Positions 28,502-38,460 of a DNA stretch of 64,000 nucleotides are shown piece after piece. Location: NCBI GenBank assembly GCA_015058015.1, contig SVDM01000004.1, forward strand, positions 105,501 to 169,500, given 5' to 3'. A program made the position numbers and the translations under genes. The notes below the pieces were generated by a model. That model saw nothing but the letters and a program-made list of their open reading frames with translations, searched no databases and was not told the DNA's origin. The stretch comes from Lachnospiraceae bacterium. GTDB taxonomy: Bacteria > Bacillota > Clostridia > Lachnospirales > Lachnospiraceae. Within the stretch, counting starts at the first letter, position 1, and every line of letters begins with the position of its first letter.

Positions 28502-29325
28502 TGAAATCATTTGTTACCAGACTGGTAAGCGGCATTATTCTGGTGCTGGTTGCATTATTTACAATTGTTAAAGGCGGAGAGATTCTTTTTGCCATGGTAC
28601 TCATACTTTCTCTTGTGGGATTGTATGAATTCTACAGGGTATTTAAGGTTCATAACAGACTCCCGGGTATTATGGGATATCTGGCCACATTGGGTTATTA
28701 CGCATTGATGTACTTCAGACTGGTGGAGGGTTATGTGCCACTGGCTCTGGGATTTATAGTGCTTCTTATGTTTGCCTTTGTATTCACTTATCCCAGATAT
28801 AATGTGGAACAGGTCATGAGTGTATTCTTTGGTCTGTTTTACGTTGTTGTTATGCTGTCCTATATCTACCATACCAGAATGCTTCCTGACGGAGCCTTTA
28901 TCGTATGGCTTATATTTATCGCTTCCTGGGGATCGGATACAGGCGCATACTGTATAGGTATGCTTTTCGGTAAGCACAAGATGACACCGGAGCTTAGTCC
29001 TAAGAAATCCGTGGAGGGAGCCATCGGTGGCGTGGTATTCGCCGTACTTATCGGCACAGCTTACGCGTGGATTGCCCAGTACGGTCTTGGGTATACTGAC
29101 AGAACCAAGGTTATTCTTGCGGTAATCTGCGGACTGGGTTCAGTATTATCCCAGTTGGGTGACTTGGCGGCATCAGCCATCAAACGTAATAAGGATATTA
29201 AGGATTTCGGTGATATAATACCGGGTCACGGCGGCGTATTAGATCGTTTTGACAGTGTTATAATTACCGCACCTATTATATATTATCTGGCATTTTTCTT
29301 CGGAAAGATGACCGGACTTATGTAG
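28501..29325 (+). CDS. cdsA: Phosphatidate cytidylyltransferase
   Basis: 274 aa polytopic membrane protein. The C-terminal signature is SAIKRNKDIKDFGDIIPGHGGVLDRFDS. Confidence 0.9.
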   Translation: MKSFVTRLVSGIILVLVALFTIVKGGEILFAMVLILSLVGLYEFYRVFKVHNRLPGIMGYLATLGYYALMYFRLVEGYVPLALGFIVLLMFAFVFTYPRYNVEQVMSVFFGLFYVVVMLSYIYHTRMLPDGAFIVWLIFIASWGSDTGAYCIGMLFGKHKMTPELSPKKSVEGAIGGVVFAVLIGTAYAWIAQYGLGYTDRTKVILAVICGLGSVLSQLGDLAASAIKRNKDIKDFGDIIPGHGGVLDRFDSVIITAPIIYYLAFFFGKMTGLM

Positions 29326-29334
29326 GAGGAGAAT

Positions 29335-30480
29335 ATGATAAACCTAACGATTCTTGGTTCTACGGGATCCATCGGTACACAAGCTTTGGATGTAGCAAGA
29401 TACAACAAGGATATAACTATTGTCGGCCTGGCAGCAGGGAGCAATGTCTCGGCTTTGGAACAACAGATAAGAGAGTTCTCTCCCCGGGCCGTTTGTTTAT
29501 ATGACGAGAAAGCGGCAGACGACTTAAGAAGCCGGGTGGCAGATTTGGATACTAAAGTTTTATCCGGCATGGAAGGCCTGCTGACCATCGCCTCTCTTGA
29601 AGGTGCTGATACTGTTTTGGCATCTGTGGTGGGGATGATTGGTATACAGCCGGCCATTGCGGCAATTAAGGCGGGCAAACGACTTGCCCTTGCAAATAAA
29701 GAGACCCTGGTTTGTGCCGGGCATATTATTATGCCCTTAGCGGCAAAGTGTGGAGTTCCCATTCTGCCGGTGGACAGTGAGCACAGCGCTATCTTTCAGT
29801 GCTTAAACGGTGAGGACAGAGGCAGTATTGCCAAGATTCTTCTTACTGCATCGGGAGGCCCCTTTAGAGGAAAGAAAAGGGACGAACTGTTAGATATTAA
29901 GCCGGAGGATGCCTTAAAGCACCCTAACTGGTCCATGGGCAGGAAGATTACCATTGATTCTTCTACTCTGGTTAACAAGGGACTTGAGGTTATGGAAGCC
30001 AAGTGGCTCTTTGGGGTGGAGACTAAAGACATTCAGGTGGTGGTTCAGCCTAAGAGTGTTATTCACTCCATGGTGGAATTTGCTGATGGGGCTGTTATGG
30101 CCCAGCTGGGACTCCCTGATATGAAGCTGCCTATTCAGTATGCCTTATATTACCCGGAGAGAAGATATATGCCCGGGGAACGCCTTGATTTTGCTGCGAT
30201 TAAACAGATTGCTTTTGAGGAACCGGATACGAAGACTTTCAAAGGACTCCCTTTGGCTTATAATGCAATGGAGCGGGGCGGCAATATTCCCACCGTTTAT
30301 AATGCGGCCAACGAAGAAGCAGTTGCCATGTTCTTAGACGGCAAGATTGCTTATCCGGATATTACCGATACCATAGAAGAGTGCATGGAGTCAGGTAGGT
30401 TTATAGCAGATCCTACGGTAGATGATATTCTGGATACGGAAAGAGAGATTCGTGACCGTATCAAAAGCAAATATAACTGA
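29335..30480 (+). CDS. dxr: 1-deoxy-D-xylulose 5-phosphate reductoisomerase
   Basis: 381 aa. ILGSTGSIGTQALDV, LANKETLV, PVDSEHSAIFQC and HPNWSMG are present. Confidence 0.95.
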   Translation: MINLTILGSTGSIGTQALDVARYNKDITIVGLAAGSNVSALEQQIREFSPRAVCLYDEKAADDLRSRVADLDTKVLSGMEGLLTIASLEGADTVLASVVGMIGIQPAIAAIKAGKRLALANKETLVCAGHIIMPLAAKCGVPILPVDSEHSAIFQCLNGEDRGSIAKILLTASGGPFRGKKRDELLDIKPEDALKHPNWSMGRKITIDSSTLVNKGLEVMEAKWLFGVETKDIQVVVQPKSVIHSMVEFADGAVMAQLGLPDMKLPIQYALYYPERRYMPGERLDFAAIKQIAFEEPDTKTFKGLPLAYNAMERGGNIPTVYNAANEEAVAMFLDGKIAYPDITDTIEECMESGRFIADPTVDDILDTEREIRDRIKSKYN

Positions 30481-30495
30481 CAGGAAGTATAGTCT

Positions 30496-31545
30496 ATGAA
30501 GATTATTATAGGAATATTGGTCTTTAGCATCATAATTATTATTCATGAGCTGGGGCATTTTATTCTGGCCAAGAAAAACAATATATTGGTTAAGGAATTC
30601 TGTATCGGCTTTGGCCCTACAATTGTGGGTTTTACCAAGGGTGAGACCAAGTACTCCATTAAGCTGCTTCCCCTTGGCGGAGCATGCATGATGCTAGGTG
30701 AGGATGACGAGGACGGAGAGTTTGACAATGACCCCAGGTCCTTCGGAGCACAGTCGGTGGCAGCAAGAATCAGCGTGGTTTTGGCAGGCCCTGTATTTAA
30801 CCTTATACTGGCCTTCCTCTTGTCCCTTATCGTTATGGGAACTGTAGGCTATGATGCGCCTATTGTTAAGACTCTTACGGAGAATGGACCTGCCCAGGCT
30901 GCAGGAATTAAGCCGGGTGATGAGATCCTTACCATCAACGGCGGGGCGGTAACTTTATTCAGAGAGATTGACAATGCCTCCGTATTTATTAGAGGCAATG
31001 AGATAGATGTGACCTACAAGCGGGACGGAGAGGTTCTTTCCACCCATATAGTAGGTAATGTTTTGGAAGGCTCCAACCAGGTTGACTACGGATTCGGAAG
31101 AGGTGTAGGCCGTGTAAAGACGGATTTTTGGGGTACCATCAAGTATTCCTTTAACGAGGTCAGATTCTGGATTGATACCACTGTTAAAAGCTTGTGGACA
31201 TTGATTACGGGGCGGGCATCCTTTAATGATATGCAGGGCCCGGTGGGAATCGTCAAAGCCATAGGCAATACTTACGACAGAAGCAAGCGAGACGGTATAT
31301 TCTACGTCTTTATTAATATGGTTAATATCGCCATTCTCCTTACAGCCAACTTAGGAATTATGAATCTGATTCCTATTCCGGCTTTAGACGGAGGAAGGTT
31401 CGTATTCCTTGTGATTGAGGGAATAAGACGTAAGCGTTTTAACCCCAAGATAGAAACAGCCATCAACATGGTAAGCTTTGTGGCTCTTTTAGGCCTTATG
31501 GTTGTTATCATGTTTAATGATATTCGAAAGATAATTTTTCCTTAG
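30496..31545 (+). CDS. rseP: RIP site-2 metalloprotease RseP/RasP family
   Basis: 349 aa. HELGH zinc motif in TM1, a central PDZ-like segment, and NLIPIPALDGG near the C-terminus. Confidence 0.85.
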   Translation: MKIIIGILVFSIIIIIHELGHFILAKKNNILVKEFCIGFGPTIVGFTKGETKYSIKLLPLGGACMMLGEDDEDGEFDNDPRSFGAQSVAARISVVLAGPVFNLILAFLLSLIVMGTVGYDAPIVKTLTENGPAQAAGIKPGDEILTINGGAVTLFREIDNASVFIRGNEIDVTYKRDGEVLSTHIVGNVLEGSNQVDYGFGRGVGRVKTDFWGTIKYSFNEVRFWIDTTVKSLWTLITGRASFNDMQGPVGIVKAIGNTYDRSKRDGIFYVFINMVNIAILLTANLGIMNLIPIPALDGGRFVFLVIEGIRRKRFNPKIETAINMVSFVALLGLMVVIMFNDIRKIIFP

Positions 31546-31684
31546 AACGGATAGAATTTTAGCGACCTTCGGATGAATATCAATACCCCCGGAGATATTA
31601 TATTCATCTCGAGGGTAAGTAACATTATGTCTTCATACAATCAAGGATTTGTATACGAGTATAGATTATACGAGGAGAGTGCCT

Positions 31685-32740
31685 ATGAATAGGAATAACA
31701 CTAAGGTTGTACATATAGGTGACAAGATGATAGGCGGGGGCAACCCCATACTCATACAATCAATGACTAATACGCTCACTGAGGATGTGGAGGCGACCGT
31801 AGCCCAGATTAACCGCCTTGAGGCGGTGGGCTGTGATATCATCAGATGTGCGGTGCCCACCAAAGAGGCGGCTCTTGCCTTGGGGGAGATAAAAAAGCAG
31901 ATTAGCATTCCACTGGTGGCGGATATCCATTTTGATTACAAGCTGGCCATTGCTGCAATGGAGAATGGCGCCGACAAGATTCGTATTAATCCCGGCAATA
32001 TCGGCTCCGAGGATAGAATTCGTGCTGTTGTGGATTGCGCCAAAGAGAGAAATATCCCCATTAGAGTAGGAGTTAACAGCGGTTCCTTAGAGAAGGAGCT
32101 TGTGGAAAAATACAAAGGTGTTACTGCCCAGGGATTGGTGGAAAGCGCCTTAGACAAGGCCCATCTGATAGAGGATATGGGCTATGATAATCTGGTTATA
32201 AGCATTAAGTCTGCTGATGTTATGATGTGTGTTGCGGCCCACAAACTAATAGCAGACAAGACAACCCATCCTCTTCATGTTGGAATTACAGAATCCGGAA
32301 CCGTAATAAGCGGTAATATCAAATCATCCATTGGATTAGGCCTTATATTAGATGCCGGAATCGGTGATACAATAAGGGTTTCTCTTACTGGAGACCCGGC
32401 AGAAGAGATTAAGTCAGCAAAGATTATTCTTCGTACCCTCGGACTTCGTAAAGGGGGTATTGAAGTAGTATCATGCCCAACCTGCGGACGTACCAAGATA
32501 GACCTTATAGGTCTGGCAACAAAAGTAGAGAATATGGTAGCTGACATCCCTCTTGATATTAAAGTTGCTGTTATGGGTTGCATCGTTAACGGCCCGGGAG
32601 AGGCCAAGGAAGCGGATATAGGCATTGCCGGGGGCAAGGGTGAAGGAATTCTCATTAAACACGGAGAAACTGTAGGCAAATACCCTGAAGACAAGCTTTT
32701 ATCTGTACTTAGAGAAGAATTGGAAAACTGGAGAGTGTAG
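31685..32740 (+). CDS. ispG: 4-hydroxy-3-methylbut-2-enyl diphosphate synthase
   Basis: ATG 31685 is preceded by gaggagag; the track start at 31649 is a TTG with no RBS. IQSMTNT, RINPGNIG and VSCPTCGRT are present. Confidence 0.93.
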   Translation: MNRNNTKVVHIGDKMIGGGNPILIQSMTNTLTEDVEATVAQINRLEAVGCDIIRCAVPTKEAALALGEIKKQISIPLVADIHFDYKLAIAAMENGADKIRINPGNIGSEDRIRAVVDCAKERNIPIRVGVNSGSLEKELVEKYKGVTAQGLVESALDKAHLIEDMGYDNLVISIKSADVMMCVAAHKLIADKTTHPLHVGITESGTVISGNIKSSIGLGLILDAGIGDTIRVSLTGDPAEEIKSAKIILRTLGLRKGGIEVVSCPTCGRTKIDLIGLATKVENMVADIPLDIKVAVMGCIVNGPGEAKEADIGIAGGKGEGILIKHGETVGKYPEDKLLSVLREELENWRV

Positions 32741-32745
32741 TAAGA

Positions 32746-35700
32746 ATGGGAAAAGGGTTTTTTGAGGCATTTCCAACTTTACAATTAGATAAAAACCTGC
32801 ATGATCTCTTTGACGGATCAGTGGTAAGCAAAGTAACCACGTCAAAGAGTAAGGGCAGGGTTTCGGTCTATGTGACTTCACAGAGGCTGTTGCACAAATC
32901 CGATGTTTTCAAGATGGAACAAGAGATTAAGCAACAGCTTTTTTCGGATATAGTTATATCCGTACGAATAGTGGAATCCTTTGAATTGTCGGCCCAGTAC
33001 AATCCCGAGAATCTGTGGGAGGCTTACAGGGAGAGTCTGGCCTTTGAGATAAGGCAAAAAGACCCCATTATGTACAATGCCTTTGCTGAGGCAGATATTA
33101 ATGTCAGCGGTGACACCTTTAACATAACCATGGTAAGGGATGTCTTCGGGCGAGCTGCTTCAGATGGATTGGTGGCATTTATCAAGGATGTATTCGAGAA
33201 CAGATGTCACATGCAGGTGCAGGTGGTGCCGGAATTCGTGGAGAAGACTAATTTCAGATATGTAAAAGAAGGGGAAGATCTGATTGCAAAAAAGGTAGCC
33301 TCCGTTATGGACCGCCTTGCATCAGATACTGAAGAGCCTGCCAAAGAAGAGACTATTATCGGCAAAAGTGCGGCCAAAAAGCCTGAAGGGAAGGCAGCGG
33401 AAGGCAAAGAGTCTGCCCTTACAAAGGGTGGGAAGAAAGCACCTTCCGGCAAGAAAGAGTCTTCCTGGAAAAGGAATCTGGCTAAGAAGAAGGCTCCTGA
33501 CCTTATCTATGGCAGGAACTTTGGAGATGATGAGCCGATTATGCGACTTGATGAGGTCCTTGGAGAAATCGGCAGTGTTATAGTAAGGGGTTGCATTTCC
33601 GAAGAAGAGATAAAAGAGATTCGTGAGGATTTATCACTTATTTCATTTGTTATAACGGATTATACCGACAGTATATCCTGCAAGATATTCGTAAAAAACG
33701 ACGCTCTTCTTGATGCCAAGGAAGCCATCAAGATAGGTGAGTTCGTTAAGATAATGGGTGTGGTTACCTACGACACCTTCGAAAAAGATGTTGTGCTTTC
33801 CGCTAAGGGTATAAAGAAGATTCCTGACTTTACGGTTAAGAGGATGGACATGGCCACGAGAAAGAGAGTGGAGCTTCATTGCCATACCAAGATGAGCAAT
33901 ATGGATGCGGTATCCGATTGTACGGAGCTTCTTAAAAGAGCTGAGAAATGGGGACATCCTGCCATTGCCATCACGGATCACGGTGTGGTACAAAGCTTCC
34001 CGGATGCATATCATGCGGTATGCGGAGGCAAGTATTCCGGTAAGGTAATATACGGCTGTGAGATATACTTAGCAGACGACCTTCGAAGCATAGTGGAGAA
34101 TTCCAAGGGCCAATCCTTAAAGTCTGACTATGTGGTCTTCGATATTGAAACCACGGGTTTCTCCTCGGAAAAAGACAAGATTATTGAAATCGGCGCTGTC
34201 AAAGTAAGCGGCGGTAATATTGTGGACAGGTTTTCTACATTTGTTAATCCTGAAAGACCCATTCCCTTCAGAATTGAGCAGCTTACATCCATCAATGATT
34301 CAATGGTGATTGACGCGCCTGTTATTGAAGAAGTTCTGCCAAAGTTTTTGGACTTTGTGGGAGACTGTGTTTTGGTTGCCCATAATGCAGGCTTTGATGT
34401 GGGATTTATCAGGAAGAACGCAAGAGATCTGGGAATCCAAACGGACTTCACGGTTGTTGATACCGTGGGGCTTTCAAGAATGCTTCTTCCCAAACTTGCC
34501 AAGTACAAATTAGACAGTGTTGCCAAGGCTCTTAAGGTAAGCCTTGACCATCACCACAGGGCTGTGGATGATGCTGAATGTACGGCAATGATATTTGTCA
34601 AAGAGATAGAGATGCTGGAAGAAAGGGGCATTCCGGACCTTGATACCCTTAGTACAAAGGGTGTGCTGTCGAAGGAAAGTATCAGAAAGCTTCCCACCTT
34701 CCATGCTATTGTGTTATGTAAAAACGATGTGGGAAGGGTGAACCTGTACCGCCTGGTTTCCATGTCCCACCTGGATTATTTCCACAGACATCCGGTTGTT
34801 CCAAAGAGCAAGCTTAATGAGCTAAGAGATGGCTTGATTCTAGGCTCTGCCTGCGAGGCGGGAGAATTATACAGAGCTATCCATGACGGCAGGTCTGAGG
34901 AGATTATTGCAGAGATAGTTGATTATTATGATTATTTGGAGATTCAGCCCATTGGCAACAACCGTTTTATGATTGATTCGGACAAGAGCTGGGTTACTTC
35001 AGATGAAGATTTGATAGAGATAAACAAGAAGATTGTAAGACTTGGGGATGCGGCAGGTAAGCCTGTGGTGGCTACTTGTGATGTGCATTTTCTTGACCCG
35101 GAGGACGAGGTGTATCGTAGAATCATCCAGAAGGGTAATGGATACGACGACGCGGATAATCAGGCGCCCTTGTATTTCCGTACTACAGAGGAGATGCTGG
35201 ATGAGTTTGCTTACCTGGGAAGTGACAGAGCCATGGAAGTGGTGGTTGACAATACCAATAAGATTGCTGACATGTGTGAGGTTATCTCACCTGTTCGTCC
35301 GGACAAATGCCCTCCTGTTATTGAAGACTCCGACAAGCAGTTGACGGAGATCTGCTATAAGAGAGCAAGAGAGGTGTATGGTGAGGATTTGCCAAAACCC
35401 GTTGAGGAAAGGCTTGAACGTGAGCTTAACTCTATTATATCCAACGGTTATGCTGTAATGTATATTATCGCACAAAAGCTGGTATGGAAGTCAGTTGAAG
35501 ACGGATATCTGGTAGGTTCAAGAGGATCTGTCGGGTCTTCTTTCGTGGCAACCATGGCGGAGATAACGGAGGTTAATCCCTTAAGTCCCCACTATTATTG
35601 CCCTAAGTGTCACTATTCGGATTTTGAATCCGATGAGGTGAAGGCCTATGCCGGCAGGGGAGGCTGCGATATGCCCGACAAGAAGTGCCCTGTTTGCGGT

Positions 35701-37221
35701 GCCGATTTAAAGAAGGACGGATTTGATATACCCTTTGAGACCTTCCTTGGATTTAAAGGAGATAAGGAGCCAGATATCGACCTGAACTTTTCCGGAGAGT
35801 ACCAGGCCAAAGCCCACAAGTATACAGAGGTTCTCTTTGGAGAAGGACACACCTTCAAAGCGGGAACCATAGGTACCCTGGCGGACAAGACGGTATACGG
35901 CTATGTGAAGAAATACTTCGAAGAAAAGGGAATACAGAAACGTAAATGTGAGATTAACCGACTGGTTAAGGGATGCCTGGGAGTAAGACGTACCACGGGT
36001 CAGCACCCCGGCGGTATAGTTGTACTGCCCCACGGTGAGGAGATTAACTCCTTTACACCGGTTCAGCACCCGGCGGATGATAACGATACGGATATCATTA
36101 CTACCCATTTTGATTATCACTCCATTGATCACAACCTGTTAAAACTTGATATATTGGGACACGATGATCCCACCATGATAAAAGTCCTTGAAGACTTAAC
36201 GGGTATTAACGCCAGAGAGATACCCCTAGACGATCCCGGGGTTATGTCCCTTTTTGAGTCTACTGCGGCTTTGGGAATTACGCCGGAGGATATCGACGGA
36301 TGTCCCGTGGGCTCTTTGGGTATACCTGAGTTTGGAACCAAATTCGTAATAGATATGCTTCTTGATGCCAAGCCCAAGTGCTTCACAGACCTGGTACGTA
36401 TAGCAGGTCTCGGACACGGAACCGATGTATGGCTGGGCAACGCCCAGGAGCTTATACGTTCCGGCAAAGCCACCATATCAACAGCCATTTGTACCCGTGA
36501 CGACATAATGACCTACCTGATTAACAAGGGACTTGAGCCGGCGGATGCATTTTCCATAATGGAAAATGTCCGTAAGGGCAAGGTGGCTTCAGGGGGTTGC
36601 GATAAATGGCCGGGCTGGAAAGAGGATATGCTTGCTCATGACGTGCCTGACTGGTATATTTGGTCTTGTGAGAAGATAAAGTACATGTTCCCCAAGGCCC
36701 ATGCGGCGGCTTACGTTATGATGGCCTGGAGAATAGCTTACTTCAAGATTAACTATCCCCTGGCTTACTATGCCGCATATTTTGGTGTAAGAGCAAAGGG
36801 ATTCGACTATGAGATGATGTGCTTCGGACCGGAAAAGCTGGATGCCATGGTAAACAGGCTGAAACACCAGGCAGTCCTTACCGCCAACGAAGAAAACGTC
36901 CTAAAGACTTCTGCCATCGTAAAAGAGATGTATGCCAGGGGTATAGAATTTGCCCCCATAGACTTAACAAAAGCCAAAGCCGACCGCTTTATCATAGACG
37001 AGGGCAGGATAATGCCATCATTTTTAAGCATCGCCGGCATGGGTGACAAGGCGGCAGAGATGGTGGAGATAGAGGCGTCCAAAGGACCTTTCCTTTCCAA
37101 GGATGACTTCAGAGACCGCACCAAGGTCAGCAAGACCATTACGGATTTGATGTGCAGACTGGGAGTACTCCATGATATACCGGAGACCAATCAGCTTAGT
37201 TTGTTTGATCTGATTAATTAA
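32746..37221 (+). CDS. polC: DNA polymerase III PolC-type (Gram-positive replicative polymerase with an intrinsic 3'-5' exonuclease)
   Basis: 1491 aa. PHP domain (VELHCHTKMSNMDA), DEDDh exonuclease (VVFDIETTGFS, VAHNAGFDVGF, HHRAVDDA), a zinc finger (CPKCHY...CPVCG) and the polymerase core. Confidence 0.97.
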   Translation: MGKGFFEAFPTLQLDKNLHDLFDGSVVSKVTTSKSKGRVSVYVTSQRLLHKSDVFKMEQEIKQQLFSDIVISVRIVESFELSAQYNPENLWEAYRESLAFEIRQKDPIMYNAFAEADINVSGDTFNITMVRDVFGRAASDGLVAFIKDVFENRCHMQVQVVPEFVEKTNFRYVKEGEDLIAKKVASVMDRLASDTEEPAKEETIIGKSAAKKPEGKAAEGKESALTKGGKKAPSGKKESSWKRNLAKKKAPDLIYGRNFGDDEPIMRLDEVLGEIGSVIVRGCISEEEIKEIREDLSLISFVITDYTDSISCKIFVKNDALLDAKEAIKIGEFVKIMGVVTYDTFEKDVVLSAKGIKKIPDFTVKRMDMATRKRVELHCHTKMSNMDAVSDCTELLKRAEKWGHPAIAITDHGVVQSFPDAYHAVCGGKYSGKVIYGCEIYLADDLRSIVENSKGQSLKSDYVVFDIETTGFSSEKDKIIEIGAVKVSGGNIVDRFSTFVNPERPIPFRIEQLTSINDSMVIDAPVIEEVLPKFLDFVGDCVLVAHNAGFDVGFIRKNARDLGIQTDFTVVDTVGLSRMLLPKLAKYKLDSVAKALKVSLDHHHRAVDDAECTAMIFVKEIEMLEERGIPDLDTLSTKGVLSKESIRKLPTFHAIVLCKNDVGRVNLYRLVSMSHLDYFHRHPVVPKSKLNELRDGLILGSACEAGELYRAIHDGRSEEIIAEIVDYYDYLEIQPIGNNRFMIDSDKSWVTSDEDLIEINKKIVRLGDAAGKPVVATCDVHFLDPEDEVYRRIIQKGNGYDDADNQAPLYFRTTEEMLDEFAYLGSDRAMEVVVDNTNKIADMCEVISPVRPDKCPPVIEDSDKQLTEICYKRAREVYGEDLPKPVEERLERELNSIISNGYAVMYIIAQKLVWKSVEDGYLVGSRGSVGSSFVATMAEITEVNPLSPHYYCPKCHYSDFESDEVKAYAGRGGCDMPDKKCPVCGADLKKDGFDIPFETFLGFKGDKEPDIDLNFSGEYQAKAHKYTEVLFGEGHTFKAGTIGTLADKTVYGYVKKYFEEKGIQKRKCEINRLVKGCLGVRRTTGQHPGGIVVLPHGEEINSFTPVQHPADDNDTDIITTHFDYHSIDHNLLKLDILGHDDPTMIKVLEDLTGINAREIPLDDPGVMSLFESTAALGITPEDIDGCPVGSLGIPEFGTKFVIDMLLDAKPKCFTDLVRIAGLGHGTDVWLGNAQELIRSGKATISTAICTRDDIMTYLINKGLEPADAFSIMENVRKGKVASGGCDKWPGWKEDMLAHDVPDWYIWSCEKIKYMFPKAHAAAYVMMAWRIAYFKINYPLAYYAAYFGVRAKGFDYEMMCFGPEKLDAMVNRLKHQAVLTANEENVLKTSAIVKEMYARGIEFAPIDLTKAKADRFIIDEGRIMPSFLSIAGMGDKAAEMVEIEASKGPFLSKDDFRDRTKVSKTITDLMCRLGVLHDIPETNQLSLFDLIN

Positions 37222-37249
37222 GAATAGAATTAAAAATAGGGAGATAATT

Positions 37250-37843
37250 ATGAATACAGGAGATAAACTGGTAGAAGGATACAAGATGATAGAGGGAGGA
37301 AAACCTGAGGGTGCCTACCTCTATTTGGAGGCCGTAGCCGAGATGTTTATAAATGACGAGATAGAAGATATAATCTACGGCAATCTTTTACACTATGTGG
37401 CCTCCATGGACTTAAAGGGCAAGACGGAGCCTGACCAGTGGCTGAAACTTGTGCTTTTGGATGCCCGTTACGGAAAGCTGATGTTAGAACCGGGAGATTT
37501 ATTGGAAAACTTAAGAAAGAATCTGAATGAGAAGGAACTCCACAGTGACGAGTATGTAATCCAAAGCATGTTAGACGGTTCCATCGGCAAGATAAAGTAT
37601 ATAGACGGAGCGTACATAACTGTAAAAATCGACTACGAGAAAAATCTGCGCTATCTGGTTCGAATAGCGGGTAACGAGATGGAACCCTTGGACTTTGACG
37701 TGGAGGATTTTCGTATTAACAGACTTGCCAAAAGAGTAGAGTTTAACTACGTTAGAGGCAATAAGAAAGTAATGAGTATTAACCCTGACGGCAGCGATAA
37801 AAGAGAGCTTGACAGAATCAAGCTCTATCCGGAGGAATCTTAA
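37250..37843 (+). CDS. Hypothetical protein (197 aa)
   Basis: RBS gggag upstream and clean coding frame. No domain recognised. Confidence 0.55.
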   Translation: MNTGDKLVEGYKMIEGGKPEGAYLYLEAVAEMFINDEIEDIIYGNLLHYVASMDLKGKTEPDQWLKLVLLDARYGKLMLEPGDLLENLRKNLNEKELHSDEYVIQSMLDGSIGKIKYIDGAYITVKIDYEKNLRYLVRIAGNEMEPLDFDVEDFRINRLAKRVEFNYVRGNKKVMSINPDGSDKRELDRIKLYPEES

Positions 37844-38035
37844 ATCTCGGGTAATAAGTAATAAGAAATGAAAAAGGGGCATTTGTGATAACATTACAAT
37901 ACAAAATTATGATGTAAATATTTACATTGTTAAAAGTGCACAAAAACCCGCCTTTGGAATTAGACAAAAATAACGAGGAAATTTTAGCACGATAAATTGA
38001 CTGACAATTAGCGGAAAAAGGGGGACAACAGACCT

Positions 38036-38272
38036 ATGGAATACGAAATCATCTACGAGATATTCAACAGCTGTTCAGGCAATCAAATGAGGGACATTTT
38101 TTTCGAAGAACGAGAGTTTTCAAGCCCTGACGAGATCGAACCCTATATACGGGAAAAGCACAAAAACACTATAGGTGACATTGACAAAACAGAGCTTGAA
38201 GATGGTGTGACAATTTTCGATTTCACCGTGGGAAATGTACCCCAGAGATACACATTTACCCCTATTGGATAA
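38036..38272 (+). CDS. Hypothetical small protein (78 aa)
   Basis: RBS ggggga 8-9 nt upstream. No domain recognised. Distant resemblance to 16927-17148. Confidence 0.45.
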   Translation: MEYEIIYEIFNSCSGNQMRDIFFEEREFSSPDEIEPYIREKHKNTIGDIDKTELEDGVTIFDFTVGNVPQRYTFTPIG

Positions 38273-38331
38273 AAAGTGCAAAATGCAAAAATAACAAGCC
38301 AAAATGTTTGGAGATATTGCATAAAATGGAC

Positions 38332-38360
38332 TTGACATATCCCATATAGGGGGATATAAT
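38332..38360 (+). promoter_or_regulatory. Consensus sigma-A promoter for the cooC-acsA-cooC-acsB unit
   Basis: TTGACA (38332-38337), 17 nt spacer, TATAAT (38355-38360). Lies about 100 nt upstream of the cooC ATG. Confidence 0.6.
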
Positions 38361-38375
38361 TTCCCTATATATGGG
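38338..38375 (+). promoter_or_regulatory. Inverted CCC-(AT)n-GGG repeats overlapping the acs promoter (candidate operator)
   Basis: CCCATATAGGG (38341-38351) lies in the promoter spacer. CCCTATATATGGG (38363-38375) lies at about +1. The flanking TATCCCATA is shared with the fhs palindrome. Confidence 0.35.
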
Positions 38376-38460
38376 CGCGCGCAAGAGGGGTAGTGTGCCT
38401 TGGGAGAGGAACTTTTCTGTTGTGATTAACAACTCACAAACGGACGGAGGAATATTTATT

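Noticed and set aside
29283-29762. 159-aa ORF antisense to dxr. Similar antisense ORFs lie in fhs, polC, acsB and acsC.
   Set aside because: All are embedded in confidently assigned genes on the opposite strand and have no independent support.
37912-37927. 16-bp perfect palindrome ATGTAAATATTTACAT in the spacer before the 38036 ORF.
   Set aside because: It is pure AT sequence in an AT-rich spacer, so its information content is low. It has no partner site and no obvious promoter relationship.
38371-38460. N-terminal extension of cooC (track ORF start at 38371). The same type of extension occurs at recA (61116), ispG (31649), RACo (51028) and adhesin 1 (9062).
   Set aside because: In each case an internal ATG with a well-spaced GGAGG-type RBS gives the canonical protein N-terminus. 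The extensions run through promoters, operators or RBS sequences.
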